A DNA stretch of 63,867 nucleotides, filler included, from Phoronis australis (lineage: Eukaryota; Animalia; Phoronida): assembly GCA_002633005.1 (NCBI GenBank). It is 7 parts of 7 records of this genome, joined end to end, with 100 filler letters (N's around TTAATTAATTAA, not from the genome) between each part and the next. Parts side by side here need not be neighbours in the genome. Positions count along the whole stretch, not along the records: positions 60,894 to 63,867 come from NMRA01003300.1; 6 more parts are not named here. One strand, written 5' to 3'. Under the pieces are notes generated by a model. It was not told where the DNA came from and did not search any database. It saw only the letters and a program-made list of their open reading frames with translations. The stretch's first letter is position 1. Every line of letters starts with the position of its first letter. Made by a program: the position numbers and the translations under genes. Shown here one piece after another: positions 61,531 to 63,867 of this stretch.

Positions 61531-63867
61531 TTTTATTATGCGCCCACATATTTATATGTGGACGCATTATGCCGTCATCTCTGTCCGTCCGTCCGTCCGT
61601 CCGTCCGGGCGGCGTCCGTCCGGCGTCTGGCGTCCGGCGTCCGCTGCTCTATCTCCAAAACCCTTTGACATACGTTCATGAAATTTGGCACCTATGTTCC
61701 ATTCATGAATGGGACGGCATGTGCGAACTTTCGGACGGATCCGACTACCGGTGTGCCCCCTAGTGGCAATTTTATTTTTTTACGCTTACCTTTGTATCTT
61801 CAAAAGTCCTGAACGGATTTTCATGAAATTTGGTATGTAGGCACCTAGTAGTGAGATGACGCTATCCTGCCGTTTTCAGATGGATTCGACATAGTTTGCG
61901 CCACCTAGTGGCCATTTTTAGTGTTTTCGAGTCTGTTTTTGTGCGTCCACCCCTCTATCAACCAAACCGCTCAAAGGATGATTGTGAAAATTGGCATGTA
62001 TATGCTTACTATGTAGAGGACGGTTGACGATGATTTTCCGACGATTTCGACTACTGTGGCGCCTCCTAGTGGCAGTTTTATTTTTTAGTGCCTATGGCTG
62101 TATCTCCTAAACCGTTCACAGGATCTTTACGAAATTGTGTAAGTATATTTATATGATGTTAGCAACGGAAGATCACGACTTTTGGACGGATTCGACTACC
62201 GGTGTGCCCCCTAGTGGCAATTTTAATTTTTTTACGCTTACCTTTGTATCTTCACAAGTCCTTATTGGATTTTCATGAAANNNNNNNNNNNNNNNNNNNN
62301 NNNNNNNNNNNNNNNNNNNNNNNNNNNNNNNNNNNNNNNNNNNNNNNNNNNNNNNNNNNNNNNNNNNNNNNNNNNNNNNNNNNNNNNNNNNNNNNNNNNN
62401 NNNNNNNNNNNNNNNNNNNNNNNNNNNNNNNNNNNNNNNNNNNNNNNNNNNNNNNNNNNNNNNNNNNNNNNNNNNNNNNNNNNNNNNNNNNNCCATTTTC
62501 AGATGGATTCGACATAGTTTGCGCCACCTAGTGGCCATTTTTAGTGTTTTCGAGTCTGTTTTTGTGCGTCCACCCCTCTATCAACCAAACCGCTCAAAGG
62601 ATGATTGTGAAAATTGGCATGTATATGCTTACTATGTAGAGGACGGTTGACGATGATTTTCCGACGATTTCGACTACTGTGGCACCTCCTAGTGGCAATT
62701 TTGTTTTTTTAGTGCCTATGGCTGTATCTCCTAAACCGTTCGCAGGATCTTTACGAAATTGTGTAAGTATATTTATTTGATGTTAACAACGGAAGATGAC
62801 GACTTTTGGACGGATCTGACTACCGGTGTGCCCCCTGGTGGCAATTTTAGTTTTTTACGCTTAGCTTTGTATCTTCAAAAGTCCTTAACGGATTTTCATG
62901 AAATTTGGTATGTAGGCACCTGTTAGTGAGATGACGCTATCCTCCTGTTTTCAGATGGATTCGACATAGTTTGCGCCACCCAGTGGCCATTTTTACTGTT
63001 TTCGAGTCTGAATTTTTGTGTCCACCCCTCTATCAACCAAACCGCTCAAAGGATGATTGTGAAAATTGGCGTGTATGTGCTTACTATAAGGAAGACAGCT
63101 GACAATGATTTTCAGATGATTTGGACTTCTGTGGCGCCTCCTAGTGGTAGTTTTGTTTTTTTTGCGCCCATGGCTGTATCTCCCAAACCGTTTGCAGGAT
63201 CTTTACTAAATTTAGCAAATGTATTTATGTGAACCACCTAGTGGCCATTTTTAGTGTTTTCGAGTGTGTTTTTTGTGCGTCCACCCCTCTATCAACCAAA
63301 CCGCTCGAAGGATGATTGTGAAAATTGGCATGTATATGGTTACTATGTAGAGGACGGTTGACGATGATTTCAGATGATTTGGACTACTGTGACGCCTCCT
63401 AGTGGCAGTTTTTTTTTGCGCCTATGGCTGTATCTCCTAAACCGTTCGCAGGATCTTTACGAAATTTAATAAGTGTATTTATATTTTGTTAACAACAGAC
63501 GATGACGACTTTTGGACGGATCCGCCTACCAGTGTGCGCCCTAGTGGCAATTTTATTTTTTTACGTTTACCTCTGTATCTTCACAAGTCCTTAACGGATT
63601 TTCTTGAAATTTGGTATGTAGGCAGCTATTAGTGCGATGACGCTATCCTCCCGTTTTCGGATGGATTCGACCTAGTTTGCGACACCCAGTGGCCATTTTT
63701 AATGTTTTTGAGTCTGTTTTTTGGCGTCCACCCCTCTATCAACCAAACCGCTTTAAGTATGATTGTGAAAATTGGCATGTATGTTCGTACTATGAAGAGT
63801 ACGGTTGACGCTGAATTTCCCATGACTTTGATTACTGTGGCACCTCCTAGTGGCAGTTTTTTTTTTT
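61531..63867 (+). mobile_element. HINE/DINE-1-like element with a long tandem core (451-bp unit = 145+161+145), running off the window end
   Basis: Hairpin at 61538-61567, (GTCC)n microsatellite, then repeated subunits each containing GYGCC.CCTAGTGGC. Confidence 0.9.

Overview
This is animal genomic DNA from a draft scaffold, probably a marine invertebrate bilaterian (inferred from the transposon repertoire). It is AT-rich, with N-gaps containing an artificial TTAATTAATTAA linker and single-n contig joins. It is not prokaryotic, and most ORFs in the supplied track are spurious. The window is dominated by transposable elements and their relics: Gypsy integrases with PPT/LTR, a CR1-like LINE tail, Academ-, pogo-, Kolobok-, hAT- and Harbinger/ISL2EU-like DNA transposons, many MITEs and Helentron-associated (HINE-like) tandem arrays. 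Host coding sequence is sparse: an intronless class A GPCR (minus strand, broken at TM7 by a contig join and a transposon end) and three clean phase-0 exons on the minus strand that may belong to one coiled-coil protein gene. The most interesting observations are (1) a pogo-like transposon carrying a HIRAN-domain cargo ORF, (2) HINE arrays placing a CTCF-consensus motif every 145-161 bp in one orientation, (3) a ~430 bp tandem array rich in DR1 nuclear-receptor motifs, and (4) a Kolobok derivative apparently built from two left ends joined at an 8-bp microhomology. All family assignments come from motif recognition by eye, not database searches.
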